A program made the position numbers and the translations under genes. Source: Burkholderiaceae bacterium (lineage in GTDB: Bacteria > Pseudomonadota > Gammaproteobacteria > Burkholderiales > Burkholderiaceae_C). Taken from it: 64,000 bases of DNA. Shown in pieces: positions 9,596 through 19,009 of this stretch (positions within the stretch are counted from its first letter, which is position 1; the number at the start of each line of letters is the position of its first letter). The notes beneath the pieces were generated by a model. The model searched no databases. It worked only from the letters and a program-made list of their open reading frames with translations, and was not told the origin of the DNA. The DNA lies in the NCBI GenBank assembly GCA_036520715.1, contig DATDJF010000353.1, forward strand, positions 55 to 64,054. The letters run 5' to 3'.

Positions 9596-10090
9596 TCAGA
9601 AGCTGGCGAACTTGGCCTTGAACTCGTTGGCGGCCTCGGCGCCGCGTGCGTTGCCGATGATCGAATGGGCCATCTGAAGCAGCGGCCCGAGTTGCTCGCG
9701 GCTGGTCGCCTTTTCCATCTTCATCGCCAGCGCCTCGCCGGTGGGGCCGGTGAGGTCGTTGAAGGCGCGCACCGCCTCCGCGCGAAAGGCCAGGAAGGCC
9801 TTCTCGGGGCTCACAGTCGCTGCCTCGGCGGCGCCCTTCTTGGCGGGTACGGTCTCGGCCAGCGGCCTCTTGGGGGGCGCCTCGACCACCGACGCGACCT
9901 CGATGTAGGCCAGGGTCAGCAGTTCTTCCAGCGTTTCGGCGGCGTTCTGCCCGATCAGGGTGCCGAGTTCGGCCTCGTTGCGCGTGCCGTCGACCAGGAT
10001 CAGCGCCGTGCGCAGGCGCGGCACCAGCCGGTTCACCCGGGTGGCGATCTCGGTCGTGCCCTTGTCGGTCTTGCGGTAAATCGTGGTCAC
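9596..10090 (-). CDS. hypothetical protein (about 164 aa)
   Basis: Third codon positions are strongly G/C. A GTG at 10090 is preceded by GGAG 8 nt upstream. I recognise no family motif. Confidence 0.5.
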   Translation of the reverse strand: MTTIYRKTDKGTTEIATRVNRLVPRLRTALILVDGTRNEAELGTLIGQNAAETLEELLTLAYIEVASVVEAPPKRPLAETVPAKKGAAEAATVSPEKAFLAFRAEAVRAFNDLTGPTGEALAMKMEKATSREQLGPLLQMAHSIIGNARGAEAANEFKAKFASF

Positions 10091-10264
10091 GGCGGGAACT
10101 CCAACGATCCAGCGTGCGGTCCGGCGCTGAGGCGGATCCGCGAACACCCCCCGAAAGCTGCGATAGCTTACAACTGTCTCTCATGTGGCCGTGTTGCCAC
10201 TGTTCACGTTGTCCCACCGGCCGGCAGCGCGCGCAGCGGGGAAAGTGCGCGATTTGCACGGTCG

Positions 10265-10295
10265 AAAAAAAAGCCGCCCCTGCTGCCAGGGGCGG
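10265..10295 (-). terminator. rho-independent terminator of the symporter operon
   Basis: On the minus strand, a 9-bp GC stem (CCGCCCCTG/CAGGGGCGG, 4-nt loop) is followed by T8. It sits 25 bp after the stop at 10320. Confidence 0.7.
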
Positions 10296-10319
10296 TTGAC
10301 GATCGAAGCGGCCTCGGGA

Positions 10320-12446
10320 TCAGGCCTTGCCGAGCTTCAGGTTCGGATAACGAACATGCTCCACCAGCTCCTGCGTCTCACGCTTGGGCGCCGGCGTCAC
10401 CAGGCTCACGAGGATGATCACCGCAAAGCCGACCGGCACCCCGAACAGGCCGGCCGAGATCGGCTGGATGCCCCACCACAACTCGATCGGGCTGGTCACG
10501 CCGAACATGCCGCGCATCCACGGCTGCGTGGTGGCCATGTAGTAGAACGTGGTGCCCAGGCCCGCGATCATGCCCAGCGTGGCACCCCACTTGCTGGCGC
10601 GCTTCCAGAAGATGCCGAGCACCAGCGCCGGGAAGAACGCCGCCGCCGCGAACGAGAACGCCGCCGACACCAGGAACAAGATGTCCGCCGGCTTCTGCGA
10701 GGCCACGTAGGCAGCCGCCAGCGCCACCACCACCAGCAGCGCCTTCGACAGCGAGACGCGGCGCGCGGTGGACGCGTTGGGGTCGATCATCTTGTAGTAC
10801 AGGTCGTGGCTCAACGCGTTGGCGATCGTCAGCAGCAGACCGTCGGCGGTAGACAGCGCCGCTGCCAGGCCACCCGCGGCCACCATGCCCGAGATCACGT
10901 ACGGCAGGCCACCGATGGCCGGCGTGGCCAGCACGATGATGTCGCCGCCGATCCTGATCTCACCGAGCTGCAGGATGCCGTCCTTGTTGATGTCGATCAC
11001 CGACAGCAGGCTCGCGTCGACGCGGTTCCAGGCGTTCATCCATTCCGGCAACGCGGTGAACGACACGCCCACGACGTTGTGGAACATCTCGTACTTCACC
11101 AGTACCGCCAGGGCGGGCGCCGTGAAATACAACAGGAAGATGAAGAACAGGCTCCAGGTCACCGACTGGCGCGCCTCCTTCACCGATGGTGTGGTGTAGT
11201 AGCGCATCAGGATGTGCGGCAGCGCGGCCGTGCCCACCATCAGGCAGAAGATCAACGCCAGGAAGTTGCGCCGCGAGGTGTCGAACGCGGCCTTGGCCTT
11301 GTCGTCGCCATTGGGGTTGCCGGCGAAGATTTGCGCGTGCGGCGGCATGCCACCCAGCGGCACGGCGCGCGCCGCGTTGGCTGCCCTGGCGGCGGTCCAC
11401 GCCTTCTTCGCGTCGTCGACGTTCTTCGGCAAGCCGGCCAGCGCCTTCTCGGCGGCCTGAATCTCGGTGACCGGCCCATTGGCGGCTTTCAGATCAGCCA
11501 GCTTCTTCTCGGCCGCGGCCTTGTCGGCCTCGAGCGCGGCGCCCGGATCCTTGAGCTTGGCGTCGAAGCTGTCGGCCTGCGCCTTGAATGCGGCGATGAC
11601 CTCCTTCTCCTTCGGGTCATCGATCAGCTTCTTCTCGGTGGCCGAGATCGACTGCAGCTGCATGCCGTAAACGGCCTGCGGGATCGGCACGCCGGTTTGC
11701 TTGACGGCCAGCCAGATCACCGGCGTCAGGTAGGCAATGATGAGAATGATGTATTGCGCCACCTGCGTCCACGTGACCGCTCGCATGCCGCCCAGGAACG
11801 AACACACCAGGATTCCGCCCAGGCCGACGAAGATCCCGATCTCGAACGCCAGGCCCGACAAGCGGGTGGTGATCAGGCCCACGCCGTAGATCTGAGCCAC
11901 CACATACGTGAACGAGCACAGGATCGCCGCCAGGACGCCGATGAAGCGCGGCAGATTGCCCTCGTAGCGCGCACCCAGGAAGTCGGGAATCGTGAACTGC
12001 CCGAACTTGCGCAGGTACGGCGCCAGCAGGAAGGCCACCAGGCAGTAACCGCCGGTCCAGCCCATGATGAAGGCCAGGCCGTTGTAGCCGGTGAGGTACA
12101 GCGTGCCGGCCATGCCGATGAACGACGCCGCGCTCATCCAATCGGCGCCGGTGGCCATGCCGTTGTAGATCGCCGGCACACGCCGCCCGGCCACGTAGTA
12201 CTCGGCGGCGTCGGTGGTGCGGCTCATGATGCCGATGCCGGCATACAGGCCCACCGTAGCCAACAGGAAGATGAAACCGATCCAGTTTCTCGGCAGGCCC
12301 ATCTGCTCGAGCACCGCCAGAATCACGACGAAGGCGATGAAGCCGCCGGTGTACCAGCCATAGACCTTGTTCAGCTGCGACTTGAACGCCCGGTTGGCGG
12401 CGGCGCCTACTGCTTCGGTGTGTCCGAAACCCATGCCTGTAGCCAT
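10320..12446 (-). CDS. sodium:solute symporter family permease (acetate/cation symporter-like, large subunit)
   Basis: 708 aa. It has SSF-type N-terminal helices and the motif AEYYVAGRRVPAIYNGMATGADWMSAASFIGMAG. It is paired with a DUF4212 small subunit immediately upstream. Confidence 0.85.
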   Translation of the reverse strand: MATGMGFGHTEAVGAAANRAFKSQLNKVYGWYTGGFIAFVVILAVLEQMGLPRNWIGFIFLLATVGLYAGIGIMSRTTDAAEYYVAGRRVPAIYNGMATGADWMSAASFIGMAGTLYLTGYNGLAFIMGWTGGYCLVAFLLAPYLRKFGQFTIPDFLGARYEGNLPRFIGVLAAILCSFTYVVAQIYGVGLITTRLSGLAFEIGIFVGLGGILVCSFLGGMRAVTWTQVAQYIILIIAYLTPVIWLAVKQTGVPIPQAVYGMQLQSISATEKKLIDDPKEKEVIAAFKAQADSFDAKLKDPGAALEADKAAAEKKLADLKAANGPVTEIQAAEKALAGLPKNVDDAKKAWTAARAANAARAVPLGGMPPHAQIFAGNPNGDDKAKAAFDTSRRNFLALIFCLMVGTAALPHILMRYYTTPSVKEARQSVTWSLFFIFLLYFTAPALAVLVKYEMFHNVVGVSFTALPEWMNAWNRVDASLLSVIDINKDGILQLGEIRIGGDIIVLATPAIGGLPYVISGMVAAGGLAAALSTADGLLLTIANALSHDLYYKMIDPNASTARRVSLSKALLVVVALAAAYVASQKPADILFLVSAAFSFAAAAFFPALVLGIFWKRASKWGATLGMIAGLGTTFYYMATTQPWMRGMFGVTSPIELWWGIQPISAGLFGVPVGFAVIILVSLVTPAPKRETQELVEHVRYPNLKLGKA

Positions 12447-12447
12447 G

Positions 12448-12705
12448 TCATTCCTCCTCGGCGACGCCGTGTTCCTGGTCGAGCTTGTTCATGTAGCTCG
12501 CGTAGTACCAGATGATCAGCACATAGACGATCAGCGCGCCCTGGGCTCCCACCCAGAAGCTGAACGGCCAGCCGAAGAAGGTGAAGTTCAGGTCACGGGC
12601 CCAATACCCGATCACGAACGTCACGAAGAACCAGATGGCCAGAAGAATCGCGGTGATCCGCAGGTTCTTCGACCAGTACTGGCGATGGTTCTCTGAAACT
12701 TGCAT
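12448..12705 (-). CDS. DUF4212 small membrane protein (symporter small subunit)
   Basis: MQVSENHRQYWSKNLRITAILLAIWFFVTF...GWPFSFWVGAQGALIVYVLIIWYYA. AGGAGG lies 6 nt upstream of the ATG at 12705. The stop is 1 bp before the permease start. Confidence 0.75.
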   Translation of the reverse strand: MQVSENHRQYWSKNLRITAILLAIWFFVTFVIGYWARDLNFTFFGWPFSFWVGAQGALIVYVLIIWYYASYMNKLDQEHGVAEEE

Positions 12706-12799
12706 CGCTGTCCTCCTATAGACCCAATACACCGTGCGTCATGAAGACCGCACAACCCTTTCGCTGCCGCCCTGTCCCCTGCGGCCATTTCAAACCGTT

Positions 12800-12825
12800 G
12801 CGAGTGGCAGGCTCCCGCCACTCGC
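12800..12825 (-). terminator. terminator-like hairpin after the TPR gene
   Basis: GCGAGTGGC / GCCACTCGC form a 9-bp stem 6 bp after the stop at 12831. The T-tract is weak. Confidence 0.4.
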
Positions 12826-12830
12826 GCGCA

Positions 12831-13409
12831 TCACGACACCAGGCCCGTTTCGCGCTCCAGCTGCGCCGCCACCTTGGGCTCGAACTTCTTGAGGTGGCGA
12901 ATGATCTTGCGTGCCTCATCGGGCTGCTGGCGGTCGATCTGCACGCGCGCCAGCTGATACCACCCGTAGGGACTCATCGGCTGCAGCTCGGTGTTGCGCT
13001 TCAGCGCCGCCAACGCGTCGTCGAAGCGCTGTTGGCGGATCAGCACCAGGCCCAGGCCGTACCACGCGCGGTCGAGCTTGCCATCCATCTCGAGCGCGCG
13101 GCGAAACGCAGCCTCAGATTCAGCGAGATGATCGTTGGCCTCGAGCAGGAACGCCACGTTGAACCAGTCGCCGGCGCTGCGCTGCGGATGAGCGGCCACC
13201 AGGGCGCGCGCGTCGGCCAAGGCCTCCTGCATGCGCCCGGCTTGCGCGAGCACGTGGGCGCGACTGGCCAGCGCATAGGCGTCGTCGGGCCACCGCAGCA
13301 ACATCGCGTCGAAGCAATCCAAAGCCGCTTGTTGCCGCGATACCAACAGCGCGGCGAGGGCCGCCAGCTTCAACCGCCAGTAGGCCAGCCAGTCGGCGCC
13401 GCCGCTCAT
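12831..13409 (-). CDS. tetratricopeptide-repeat protein
   Basis: TPR-like repeats (AYALASRAHVLAQAGRMQEALADARALV; AWYGLGLVLIRQQRFDDALAALKRN). The ATG at 13409 overlaps the upstream stop (ATGA). Confidence 0.7.
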   Translation of the reverse strand: MSGGADWLAYWRLKLAALAALLVSRQQAALDCFDAMLLRWPDDAYALASRAHVLAQAGRMQEALADARALVAAHPQRSAGDWFNVAFLLEANDHLAESEAAFRRALEMDGKLDRAWYGLGLVLIRQQRFDDALAALKRNTELQPMSPYGWYQLARVQIDRQQPDEARKIIRHLKKFEPKVAAQLERETGLVS

Positions 13410-13711
13410 TTGCACAACTCCACGCCGATCTGCACGCAGTGGTCGATCTTGGCCATCGTGACCACCAACCAGCCGAAGGCCAGCAACAGAAACGCCACCA
13501 GCGGCACGTGTCGGTCCAGCACCACGCGCGGGCTGAGCAGGCGCGCGACCCGCACGAACGGCGAGGTCATCGTCTGCAGCACGCGATAGAAGAAATTGGT
13601 GTCGCGTTTGGGTCCGGCGAGCAGACCGAGCACCCATTGGCCGACCAGCGCCATCAGGGCAATCTCGACGATCAGCTTCAGGGCATTGATCAGCAGCAGC
13701 ACGCTCGACAC
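13406..13711 (-). CDS. small integral membrane protein (YggT-like, tentative)
   Basis: 101 aa with two or three hydrophobic segments. It is translationally coupled to the TPR gene. The family assignment is weak. Confidence 0.55.
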   Translation of the reverse strand: MSSVLLLINALKLIVEIALMALVGQWVLGLLAGPKRDTNFFYRVLQTMTSPFVRVARLLSPRVVLDRHVPLVAFLLLAFGWLVVTMAKIDHCVQIGVELCK

Positions 13712-13901
13712 GCCGCAGTCCGGGTGCCCCAGAGTGTTTTCAAGGGCTTACAGGTCTCTGACTGGCACGCCGTTCGCCGCGCTATCCCTCTCCGGACAAA
13801 CCCGACAATCCCCCACAAACGCGGCTGACCCACCACACTTCGTACGGCCGCGAGGCCCATGCGAAAATCCACGTTGCGCTGCACAAGAAGCCCGAGACCT
13901 C

Positions 13902-15006
13902 ATGGACATCGAACGCGTCAATGCCATCGGCACCCTGCTGGCCGACCTCACAGCGCGCACGGCCGCGCTACGGGGGTATCTTTGACTACGACCGCAAGTC
14001 GCTGCGGCTGAACGAAGTCAACGCGGCGCTGGAGAACCCCAAGGTCTGGGACGAGCCCAAGCGCGCGCAGGATCTCGGGCGTGAGAAAAAGACGCTGGAG
14101 ACCGTGGTCGGCACCATCGACCACCTGCAGTCGCACCTGTCGGACAACGCCGAGCTGTACGACATGGTCAAGGCCGATCAGGACGTGGCGAGCCTGCAGT
14201 CGATCGAGGCCGATGCGGCCAAGCTGCGCGAGACGGTGGAGGGGCTCGAGTTCCGCCGCATGTTCAGCAATCCGGCCGACCCCGCGAACTGCTTTCTCGA
14301 CATCCAGGCCGGCGCCGGCGGCACCGAGGCCTGCGACTGGGCAGCGATGCTGCTGCGCCAGTACCTCAAGTACTGCGAGCGCAAGGGCTTCAAGGCTGAG
14401 GTGCTCGAAGAGACCGAAGGCGACGTCGCCGGCATCCGCAGCGCGACACTCAAGATCGAAGGCGACTACGCGTTCGGCCAGCTGCGCACCGAGACCGGCG
14501 TGCACCGGCTGGTGCGCAAGAGCCCGTTCGACAGCTCGGGCGGCCGCCACACCAGCTTCGCCAGCGTGTTCGTCTACCCCGAGGTCGACGACTCGATCGA
14601 GATCGAGATCAACCCGGCAGACGTGCGCATCGACACCTTCCGTGCGTCGGGCGCCGGCGGCCAGCACATCAACAAGACCGACTCGGCGGTGCGCATGACG
14701 CACATCCCCACCGGCATCGTGGTGCAATGCCAGAACGACCGCAGCCAGCACCGCAACCGCGACGAGGCGTGGGCGATGCTGAAGAGCCGCCTGTACGAGC
14801 ACGAGATGCGCAAGCAGCGCGAAGCGCAGCAAAAACTCGAAGACAGCAAGACCGACGTCGGCTGGGGCCATCAGATCCGCAGCTACGTGCTCGACCAGAG
14901 CCGCATCAAGGATCTGCGCACCAACGTCGAGATCAGCAACACGCAGAAGGTGCTCGACGGCGACCTCGATGCCTTCATCGAGGCCAGCCTGAAGCAGGGC
15001 CTGTAA
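13902..15006 (+). CDS. prfB: peptide chain release factor 2 (programmed +1 frameshift at 13980-13984)
   Basis: Frame 0 ([27 protein letters not shown]) ends at the TGA at 13983-13985. The +1 frame continues DYDRKSLRL... and contains SPF and [13 protein letters not shown]. Confidence 0.95.
13972..13986 (+). promoter_or_regulatory. RF2 autoregulatory +1 frameshift site
   Basis: GGGGG TAT CTT TGA C: an internal SD-like run, the slippery CTT, and an in-frame UGA followed by C. Confidence 0.9.
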
Positions 15007-15022
15007 TTCGGAAGGTGAATCC

Positions 15023-17749
15023 ATGCGCGAAGGCCAGACCCAACCCGTGCGCCGCGAAGACTACGCGCCGCCGGCCTACTGGATCCGCCAGGTCGAGCTG
15101 ACGTTCGACCTCGACGCGGCCAAGACGATCGTCGGCAGCAAGATGACGATCGAACGTAATGCAGCGTTGCCGGTGCAACCGCTGCGCCTGCACGGCGCCG
15201 GCCTGAACCTGCTGCGTGTGCTGGCCGACGGCGAGAGCGTGGCGTTCCGCCACGACGACGGCGAGCTGGTGGTCGAGCTGCCCGCCGAGCGCGAGCACGT
15301 GGTGCTCGAGATCCGCAACACCTGCGCGCCCGAGGCCAACACCGAGCTGTCGGGGCTGTACACCTCGGGCGGCGGCTTCTTCACGCAGTGCGAGGCGCAG
15401 GGCTTTCGCCGCATCACCTACTTCCTCGACCGGCCCGACGTGATGGCGGTCTACACGGTGACGCTGCGCGCCGACAAGGCCCGCTGCCCCAAGCTGCTCA
15501 GCAACGGCAACCTGGTGGCCGAAGGCGCGCTCGACGGCGGGCGCCACTTCGCGACCTGGCACGACCCGCATCCGAAGCCGTCGTACCTGTTCGCGCTGGT
15601 GGCCGCCGACCTGGCCTGCCGCGAGCAGCGGGTGCGCTCGCGCGCCGGCAAGGACCATCTGCTGCAGGTGTACGTGCGCCGCGGCGACATGGACAAGACC
15701 GAGCACGCGATGAATTCGCTGATGGCGTCGATCGCCTGGGACGAGGTGCGCTTCGGCCTCGCGCTCGACCTCGAGCGCTTCATGGTGGTGGCGGTCGACG
15801 ACTTCAACATGGGCGCGATGGAGAACAAGGGCCTCAACCTGTTCAACACCAAGTACGTGCTGGCCAGCGCCGCCACCGCCACCGACGACGACTTCTTCGC
15901 CGTCGAGAGCGTGATCGGCCACGAGTACTTCCACAACTGGACCGGCAACCGCATCACCTGCCGCGACTGGTTCCAGCTGTCGCTCAAGGAGGGGCTCACG
16001 GTCTTTCGCGACCAGGAGTTCAGCATGGACATGATGGCCTCGCCGTCGGCGCGCGCCATCAAGCGCATCCACGACGTGCAGTTCCTGCGCGAGGTGCAGT
16101 TCGCCGAGGACGCCGGCCCGATGGCGCACCCGGTGCGGCCCGAGAGCTACACCGCGATCGACAACTTCTACACCAGCACCGTCTACGAAAAAGGCGCCGA
16201 AGTCGTGCGCATGATGCACACGCTGGTCGGCCGCGAGGGTTTCCGCCGCGGCATGGACCTGTACTTCCAGCGCCACGACGGCCAGGCCGTCACCTGCGAC
16301 GACTTCGCGCAGGCCATCGCCGACGCCAACCCCGGCAGCTGGCTGGCCGAGCACCTGGATGCGTTCAAGCGCTGGTACGCGCAGGCCGGCACGCCCGCGC
16401 TGCTGGCGCACGGCCACCACGACCCGGCGTCGCGCACCTACACGCTGCGCCTGGGCCAGCGTTGCGCGCCGACACCCGGCCAGAGCGAGAAGCTGCCGTT
16501 CGTGATTCCGGTGTCGCTGTCGCTGCTCACGCGCGACGGCCAGTCGCTGCCGCTGCGGCTGCAGGGCGAGCCGATCGCCGGCGGCCCCTCGCGCGTGCTG
16601 GTGCTGTCGGAGGTGAGCCACACCTTCACCTTCGTCGACATCGCCGTCGAGCCGGTGCCTTCGCTGCTGCGCGGCTTCTCGGCACCGGTGCAGCTCGACG
16701 ACGCGTTGAGCAACGCCGATCTGCGTGTGCTGCTGATGCACGACAGCGACGCCTTCAACCGCTGGGAGGCCGGCCAGCGCCTGCTGATGCAGACCATGAT
16801 CACGGCGCTGCACGCCGGCGCGCCGCTGCAGCTCGAACCCGACACCGTGGCGGCGCTGCGCAGCGTGCTGCGCGACCCGGGCGTCGATCCGGCTCTCAAG
16901 GAGCTGCTGCTGACGCCGCCCAGCGAGGCCACCGTCGCCGAGCGCGTGACGCCGGCCGATCCGGCACGCATCCACGCGCTGCACGGGCAGGCACTGGACC
17001 AGCTCGCCACGCTGATGCTGGCCGATTGGTCATGGGCCTACGAGTCGCATGCGGTGCGCGAGGGCTACCGGCCCGAGCCGGGCCAGGCCGGCCGCCGTGC
17101 ATTGGCCAACCTGGCGCTGGCGATGCTGGTGCGCCACGCGGTGCGCCACGGCGATCCGGTGTGGCCGGGCCGTGCGCTGCAGCGTTTCAAGGACGCCAGC
17201 AACATGACCGACCGGCTCGGCGCATTGAACGCGCTGGTCGAGGCGCACAGCGAGCTGGCCGCCGGCGCGCTGCAGCGCCTGTACGACCAGTTCGCCCACG
17301 AGCCGCTGGTGGTGGACAAGTGGTTCGCGCTGCAGGCCGGCGCCAGCGAGCACGAAGGCCGCGTGTTCGCGCGCGTGCGCGAGCTGATGCAGCATCGCGC
17401 CTTCACGCTCAAGAATCCCAATCGGGCGCGCAGCCTGATCACCAGCTTCTGTCTGCGCAACCCCGGCGCCTTCCACCGCGCCGACGCCGCCGGCTATGTG
17501 TTCTGGGCCGAGCGGGTGATCGAACTGGACGCGCTCAACCCGACGCTCGCCGCGCGCGTGGCGCGTGCGCTCGATCGCTGGATGCACCTGGCCGAGCCGT
17601 ACCGCAGCGCGGCGCGCGAAGCGATCGCGCGGGTGGCGCAACGCACCGACCTGAGCGCCGACCTGCGCGAGATCGTCACCAAGGCCTTGCAGGCGGCGCC
17701 GGCCGCGGCGCCGCAAGCCGAGCACGCCGCGGCGGAAGTCCAGCCATGA
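15023..17749 (+). CDS. pepN: aminopeptidase N
   Basis: GAMENKGLN exopeptidase motif and HEYFHNWTGNR...E zinc motif, 908 aa. Confidence 0.95.
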   Translation: MREGQTQPVRREDYAPPAYWIRQVELTFDLDAAKTIVGSKMTIERNAALPVQPLRLHGAGLNLLRVLADGESVAFRHDDGELVVELPAEREHVVLEIRNTCAPEANTELSGLYTSGGGFFTQCEAQGFRRITYFLDRPDVMAVYTVTLRADKARCPKLLSNGNLVAEGALDGGRHFATWHDPHPKPSYLFALVAADLACREQRVRSRAGKDHLLQVYVRRGDMDKTEHAMNSLMASIAWDEVRFGLALDLERFMVVAVDDFNMGAMENKGLNLFNTKYVLASAATATDDDFFAVESVIGHEYFHNWTGNRITCRDWFQLSLKEGLTVFRDQEFSMDMMASPSARAIKRIHDVQFLREVQFAEDAGPMAHPVRPESYTAIDNFYTSTVYEKGAEVVRMMHTLVGREGFRRGMDLYFQRHDGQAVTCDDFAQAIADANPGSWLAEHLDAFKRWYAQAGTPALLAHGHHDPASRTYTLRLGQRCAPTPGQSEKLPFVIPVSLSLLTRDGQSLPLRLQGEPIAGGPSRVLVLSEVSHTFTFVDIAVEPVPSLLRGFSAPVQLDDALSNADLRVLLMHDSDAFNRWEAGQRLLMQTMITALHAGAPLQLEPDTVAALRSVLRDPGVDPALKELLLTPPSEATVAERVTPADPARIHALHGQALDQLATLMLADWSWAYESHAVREGYRPEPGQAGRRALANLALAMLVRHAVRHGDPVWPGRALQRFKDASNMTDRLGALNALVEAHSELAAGALQRLYDQFAHEPLVVDKWFALQAGASEHEGRVFARVRELMQHRAFTLKNPNRARSLITSFCLRNPGAFHRADAAGYVFWAERVIELDALNPTLAARVARALDRWMHLAEPYRSAAREAIARVAQRTDLSADLREIVTKALQAAPAAAPQAEHAAAEVQP

Positions 17750-17788
17750 GCACCCGCCGGCGGGCAGCAGTCGACGAGGCGCTGGCCC

Positions 17789-19009
17789 TCAGGTCTTGGC
17801 CTTAAGCACCTTGGCCACCGCCGCTGCCCGCAGCCGGTGAGCCGCGGGAAGCCCCGAGCCGAGCAGCGGACGCAGGTACGAGGCAAACGCATCGGTCACG
17901 TCACTGCCGTTGTCGGCGATGAAAGCGTCTTCCATCACCCGGGTCTTGCCGGCCACGTCGGCCAGCGGCACCAGCTGGTAGTCGGCTGCGTAGTCGCCGC
18001 AACGCTGAATGGCCACCGAGCCATTACGCTCCCCCCACATCGCGAACTGCACTGCCTTCTCGCCGACCTCACGCGCCTCACGCGCGTCGACGTCGCTGAC
18101 GCAACCGAGAAAACTGCGCTGCAGGTAGCCGAAGGTGTCACCGCGCACGCGCTTCAGGCCGAGCTGGGCCTTGATCTGCTCGCACAGCACGTCGGCCAGC
18201 GCACCGGTGCCCGACAGCTGCACGTTGCCATGCGCGTCGCGCTCCACCTGCTTGGCGAGCTGCGTAATGATCGGCTGGCCCGACGCATCGTGGATGCCTT
18301 CGGAAACCGCCACCACGCAGCGGCCGTGACGCTGCTGGGTGGCGTTCACGTCGGCCAGGAAGCGCTCGATCGTGAATGTGCGTTCAGGCAGGTAGATCAG
18401 GTGCGGGCCATCGTCGGCGAATTTCCGGGCCCCGGCCGCAGCCGCAGTCAGAAAGCCGGCATGCCGGCCCATCACCACCGCCACATAGACGCCGGGCAGC
18501 GCCGCGTTGTCGAGGTTCGCGCCGGCAAAGGCCTGCGCCACGAAGCGTGCCGCCGACGGGAAGCCCGGCGTATGGTCGTTGCACACCAGATCGTTGTCGA
18601 TCGTCTTCGGAATGTGCACGCAGCGCAGGGGATGGCCGGCCTTGGCCGCTTCCTCGCTGACGATGCGCACGGTATCCGACGAATCGTTGCCGCCGATATA
18701 GAAGAAGTGCCCGATGCCGTGCGCACGCAGCACTTCGAGAATCTGCTGGCAGTACTTCAGGTCGGGCTTGTCGCGCGTGGAGCCGAGTGTCGAGCCCGGT
18801 GTGGCCGCCACCTGCTCGAGGTTGTGATGGGTCTCCTGCGTCAGGTCGACGAAGTCCTCGTTGACGATGCCACGCACGCCGTGGCGCGCACCATACACAC
18901 GGTCGACCCGACTGAAGCGCCGCGCCTCAAGAACCACACCGACCAGCGACTGATTGATCACGGCCGTCGGGCCACCACCCTGGGCAACGAGAATCTTGTC
19001 TGCGGGCAT
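17789..19009 (-). CDS. 6-phosphofructokinase, PFK-A family, probably PPi-dependent
   Basis: GGGPTAVINQSL, GGNDS (Asp where ATP-PFKs have Gly) and PKTIDND (Lys where ATP-PFKs have Gly). Confidence 0.85.
   Translation of the reverse strand: MPADKILVAQGGGPTAVINQSLVGVVLEARRFSRVDRVYGARHGVRGIVNEDFVDLTQETHHNLEQVAATPGSTLGSTRDKPDLKYCQQILEVLRAHGIGHFFYIGGNDSSDTVRIVSEEAAKAGHPLRCVHIPKTIDNDLVCNDHTPGFPSAARFVAQAFAGANLDNAALPGVYVAVVMGRHAGFLTAAAAGARKFADDGPHLIYLPERTFTIERFLADVNATQQRHGRCVVAVSEGIHDASGQPIITQLAKQVERDAHGNVQLSGTGALADVLCEQIKAQLGLKRVRGDTFGYLQRSFLGCVSDVDAREAREVGEKAVQFAMWGERNGSVAIQRCGDYAADYQLVPLADVAGKTRVMEDAFIADNGSDVTDAFASYLRPLLGSGLPAAHRLRAAAVAKVLKAKT

Noticed and set aside
10185-12515. A 776-aa plus-strand ORF opposite the symporter
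   Set aside because: It is antisense to a convincing SSS permease. Its translation is an Arg/His/Gln/Asp-rich low-complexity string.
17753-17764. The 12-bp palindrome CCCGCCGGCGGG between pepN and the PFK gene, considered as a terminator
   Set aside because: It allows at most a 4-bp stem around a 4-nt loop and has no T-tract. It is too weak to call.
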